Source: Caedimonas varicaedens
Lineage (GTDB): Bacteria; Pseudomonadota; Alphaproteobacteria; Caedimonadales; Caedimonadaceae
Assembly: GCA_001192655.1 (NCBI GenBank)
Contig: BBVC01000041.1
Span: forward strand, 1 to 10,179
Length of the DNA: 10,179 nucleotides
Direction of reading: 5' to 3'
The stretch's first letter is position 1. Each line of letters opens with the position of its first letter. The notes under the pieces were generated by a model that was not told where the DNA came from, ran no database searches, and saw only the letters and a program-made list of their open reading frames with translations. The position numbers and the translations under genes were made by a program. This document shows positions 6,959 through 10,179 of this stretch, piece after piece.

Positions 6959-9607
6959 ATGTGGACGACTTCACGAATTCGCAAATATTTTCTTGAATAT
7001 TTTCAGGCTCAGGATCATACGATCGTTGATTCAAGCCCCCTGATTCCCCGCAATGACCCAACTCTGCTCTTTACAGCCGCGGGAATGGTTCAGTTCAAGA
7101 ATGTTTTTAAAGGAATTGAGAAAAAATCCTATACGCGCGCCGCGACGAGCCAGAAATGCGTTCGTGCAGGCGGCAAGCATAATGACCTTGAGAATGTAGG
7201 TTATACAGCACGCCACCATACTTTCTTTGAAATGCTGGGGAATTTTTCTTTTGGCGATTATTTTAAGGAAGAAGCCATCGAATTTGCCTGGAATCTTATC
7301 ACCAAAGATTTTGGCGTTTCTCGCGATCGATTGGTGATCACTGTTTATATCGACGATGACGAGGCTGCAAGGCTTTGGAGAAAAATTGCAGGAATCCCTG
7401 ATGAGAAAATCCTGCGCATTGCGGGGTCTGATAATTTTTGGGCAGCAGGAGATACAGGTCCCTGCGGTCCCTGTTCTGAAATTTTTTACGACCATGGCGC
7501 ACATATCCCCGGTGGCCCCCCTGGTAGCGCCGATCAGGATGGAGAGCGTTTTGTCGAGATCTGGAACCTGGTCTTTATGCAATATGATCAACTTTCGGAT
7601 GGACGCGTTATATTACCTAAACCCTCTATTGATACCGGTATGGGACTAGAGCGTATTTCTGCCGTCCTTCAGAACGTTCATGACAATTATGATACTGACC
7701 TTTTCAGGACACTTATCCAGGCGTCCGTGGAAGAAACAGGTATCAGGGCAGAAGGAAAATCTCGAAATTCCCATCGTGTGATTGCCGATCATTTGCGTGC
7801 CAGTGCTTTCCTGATCGCAGACGGCGTAACGCCTTCCAATGAGGGAAGAGGGTACGTTCTGAGGCGTATTATGCGCCGCGCCATGCGCCATGCTTATCTT
7901 CTGGGAACGAAAGAGCCTCTCATGCATCGCCTGGTTGCTGCTCTGGTTGCCGAGATGGGAGAAGCTTATTCAGAACTTGTTCGTGGACAAGCCCTCATCA
8001 CAGAAACGCTTCGTCTTGAAGAAGAACGTTTTCGCCAGACTCTGGGACGAGGATTAAAATTACTAGAAGAGGAAACGGGAAAACTGTCAAACGCACAACC
8101 TCTTGCGGGCGAAGTCGCTTTCAAATTGTATGATACGTACGGCTTTCCTCTTGATTTAACCCAAGATATTTTACGCGCGGAACATCGCACGGTTGATCTT
8201 CAGGGGTTTGAGTCTTCCATGGCCAAACAAAAAAAAGAAGCCCGCGCCTCATGGACTGGTTCGGGAGAACGAGAAAACGATGCCATATGGTTTAACATTC
8301 AGGAAAAAAATGGTGCCAGCGAGTTTCTGGGTTATCGTGTGACAGAAGCAGAAGGCATTCTTCAGTCCATTGTTATCGGTGATGCTCTTCAGCACGAAGC
8401 AAAAACAGGACAGGACGTTCAACTCATTTTTAATCAAACACCCTTTTATGGAGAATCGGGTGGCCAGATGGGTGACATCGGCGAGATCAAGGGCGATGGC
8501 GTAGAGATTAAGATTACGAATACCATCAAAAAAGGAACACTTCATGTGCATTGTGGACAGGTACTGGCAGGAGAAAACTTGCAGATCGGACAAGCCCTCA
8601 AGCTAACTGTTAATGAAAAAAATCGTTGTCTGTTAAGAGCAAATCACTCGGCTACACATCTTTTACATGCTGTCCTGAGACGTCGGTTGGGCGATCAGGT
8701 TACCCAGAAGGGATCGCTTGTGGCGCCAGATCGACTACGCTTTGATTTCAGCTACGCCTTACCGATTCCTTCTCAGGCACTTTATGAGATTGAAGATGAC
8801 GTTAATCGCCTGATTCGCGCCAATACAGAAGTTACAACCCATCTCATGGTTCCTGAAGAAGCAATAAAAGCCGGAGCCATGGCTCTTTTTGGTGAAAAAT
8901 ATGGAGAAGAAGTCCGTGTGGTTTCAATGGGTTCAGAGGGTGATCCTGGCAAATCTTCTCCCTATTCTATCGAGCTGTGCGGAGGAACTCATGTCTCTCG
9001 CACCGGCGATATCGGTTATTTTAAAATTACAGATCAGGATAGCGTGGGGTCAGGCATCCGTCGCATAGAAGCCAGAACAGGCGAAGAAGCAGAGAAATAT
9101 GCCCGCCAACTGGAAAGAATTGTCCAAAGTTCCGCACAGATACTAAAAACACGCCCCACTGAAGAAATTCTCAGTCGTCTTGAAGCACTTCAGGAAGAGC
9201 GCCGCAAATTCGAACGGGAATTAAAAGAACTGAAAGTAAAACTGGCCAGCACTGCAGAAAGTAATGAGCAACAGGCTTTTAAGGTAATCGGGGGCGTCAA
9301 CTTTTTAAGCCGCACTTTAGAAGGCGTATCAGCCGGAGATCTTAAATCAATTGCCGATGATCTTAAAAAACAAATCAAATCAGGTGTGGTGGCTGTGGGA
9401 TCTCAGACAGAGGGGAAAGGCTCTATTGTTGTTGCTGTGACGACCGATCTGACGGACAAGCTCAATGCTATAGAGTACGTTAAAGTGGCGGCAGAGGCCA
9501 TGGGTGGCAAGGGCGGCGGCGGACGCCCTGATATGGCTCAGGCAGGGGGCCCCGATGGTCATCGTCTTCCTGACGCCATCAAGGCAATTGAGCGGTCTCT
9601 GGGTTAA
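6959..9607 (+). CDS. alaS: Alanine--tRNA ligase (AlaRS)
   Basis: 882 aa. Catalytic-core motifs [39 protein letters not shown] and DTGMGLERI are present. Editing-domain zinc motifs HSATHLLH and CGGTHV are present. The C-terminal DHHA1 motif is [16 protein letters not shown]. The gene starts 17 nt after the recA stop, so it is probably co-transcribed with recA. Confidence 0.98.
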   Translation: MWTTSRIRKYFLEYFQAQDHTIVDSSPLIPRNDPTLLFTAAGMVQFKNVFKGIEKKSYTRAATSQKCVRAGGKHNDLENVGYTARHHTFFEMLGNFSFGDYFKEEAIEFAWNLITKDFGVSRDRLVITVYIDDDEAARLWRKIAGIPDEKILRIAGSDNFWAAGDTGPCGPCSEIFYDHGAHIPGGPPGSADQDGERFVEIWNLVFMQYDQLSDGRVILPKPSIDTGMGLERISAVLQNVHDNYDTDLFRTLIQASVEETGIRAEGKSRNSHRVIADHLRASAFLIADGVTPSNEGRGYVLRRIMRRAMRHAYLLGTKEPLMHRLVAALVAEMGEAYSELVRGQALITETLRLEEERFRQTLGRGLKLLEEETGKLSNAQPLAGEVAFKLYDTYGFPLDLTQDILRAEHRTVDLQGFESSMAKQKKEARASWTGSGERENDAIWFNIQEKNGASEFLGYRVTEAEGILQSIVIGDALQHEAKTGQDVQLIFNQTPFYGESGGQMGDIGEIKGDGVEIKITNTIKKGTLHVHCGQVLAGENLQIGQALKLTVNEKNRCLLRANHSATHLLHAVLRRRLGDQVTQKGSLVAPDRLRFDFSYALPIPSQALYEIEDDVNRLIRANTEVTTHLMVPEEAIKAGAMALFGEKYGEEVRVVSMGSEGDPGKSSPYSIELCGGTHVSRTGDIGYFKITDQDSVGSGIRRIEARTGEEAEKYARQLERIVQSSAQILKTRPTEEILSRLEALQEERRKFERELKELKVKLASTAESNEQQAFKVIGGVNFLSRTLEGVSAGDLKSIADDLKKQIKSGVVAVGSQTEGKGSIVVAVTTDLTDKLNAIEYVKVAAEAMGGKGGGGRPDMAQAGGPDGHRLPDAIKAIERSLG

Positions 9608-9630
9608 ACAAGAATATTCTCATTATTCAC

Positions 9631-9671
9631 GTAGGATAATTGTCTTCAATCAAGAAGATACTCCTACTTTT
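9631..9671 (+). terminator. Probable rho-independent terminator after alaS
   Basis: gtagga (9631-9636) pairs with tcctac (9662-9667). An inner tcttc/gaaga stem is also present. The hairpin is followed directly by TTTT (9668-9671). Confidence 0.45.
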
Positions 9672-9769
9672 CCAAATAAAATCTGAAATACCAGACATTG
9701 ATTGAAATAATTTAACCAATTTTTAATAGCTATAGCCAATAATTTTATAAAAAACAAAGAGGCGTAAAA

Positions 9770-10153
9770 ATGGCTAAATCCAAATTTTCTTATACTATTT
9801 TAAAAAGAACTGGAATTTTATTGGGTTCTTTGGCACTTTTATATGGAGAAGTTGAAGCATCTTTCAGCGATTACTTCGATGAAGCAGGAAAAGGTGTCCG
9901 CCTTAGAATGTTCGATCAGGATCCTTCCGTTAGTGAAGAAAATATGGGAATTAGTACTGTTTTTGTTCCCAGAAAAATTGCTGCAGGGCCAACAGATCTT
10001 TTCATGCAAGTGATACAAACACCTGTAAAACCAAATAATAATGGTGATTTTACAGATTACAAACCAGGGACATCTGAATTCGATAGTATTCATACCTTTA
10101 CGATCGCATCGGGCGTGTATCAAATGTATCTTCAGGATTTAGCAATATTATAG
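9770..10153 (+). CDS. Small hypothetical protein with an N-terminal signal peptide
   Basis: AAGAGG (9757-9762) lies 7 nt upstream of the ATG. The N-terminus is MAKSKFSYTILKRTGILLGSLALLYGEVEA|SF. The ORF is 127 aa and ends at TAG 10151-10153. It is very AT-rich and matches no family I recognise. Confidence 0.5.
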   Translation: MAKSKFSYTILKRTGILLGSLALLYGEVEASFSDYFDEAGKGVRLRMFDQDPSVSEENMGISTVFVPRKIAAGPTDLFMQVIQTPVKPNNNGDFTDYKPGTSEFDSIHTFTIASGVYQMYLQDLAIL

Positions 10154-10179
10154 CTAAAAACCTTTAAAATGGTTATATT

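Noticed and set aside
7031-7591. 186-aa ORF antisense to alaS. Similar antisense ORFs occur at 7646-7927, 7966-8190, 8249-8593, 9190-9378 and 9380-9562.
   Set aside because: They lie entirely inside the strongly supported alaS frame. Their composition is low-complexity and Cys/Arg-rich, and they have no Shine-Dalgarno sequence or motifs. These are typical shadow ORFs on the opposite strand of a conserved gene.
9729-9736. 8-bp palindrome gctatagc upstream of the last ORF as a possible operator
   Set aside because: The flanks do not extend the symmetry. Perfect 8-bp palindromes are expected dozens of times by chance in 10 kb.
1-10179. Mobile elements, CRISPR arrays, toxin-antitoxin pairs or known defence-system genes
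   Set aside because: I found no transposase, integrase or Cas-like ORFs, no spaced direct-repeat arrays, no terminal inverted repeats flanking a gene block, and no small paired ORFs.

Overview
The window looks like a chromosomal segment from a low-GC alphaproteobacterium. This is inferred from recA lying directly upstream of alaS with no recX, and from the alpha-type RecA N-terminus [23 protein letters not shown]. Seven to eight genes are present: a 5'-truncated hypothetical ORF (3-398, +); a convergent ATP-grasp carboxylate-amine ligase (352-1650/1677, -); a divergently transcribed two-gene unit of a PAS-GGDEF-EAL c-di-GMP enzyme (1776-3527, +) and a HisC-family PLP aminotransferase (3541-4614, +); an orphan secreted Cys-rich/repeat/coiled-coil protein (4777-5631, +); recA (5895-6941, +); alaS (6959-9607, +); and a small signal-peptide protein (9770-10153, +). 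I saw no rRNA, tRNA, CRISPR array, transposase or integrase. recA-alaS is ordinary core genome. The only candidate for something undescribed is the left-hand module: the ATP-grasp ligase, the c-di-GMP enzyme and an aminotransferase that appears to lack the HisC substrate-binding arginines. Its function cannot be derived from the sequence alone, so I rate it moderately interesting, not a demonstrated system.
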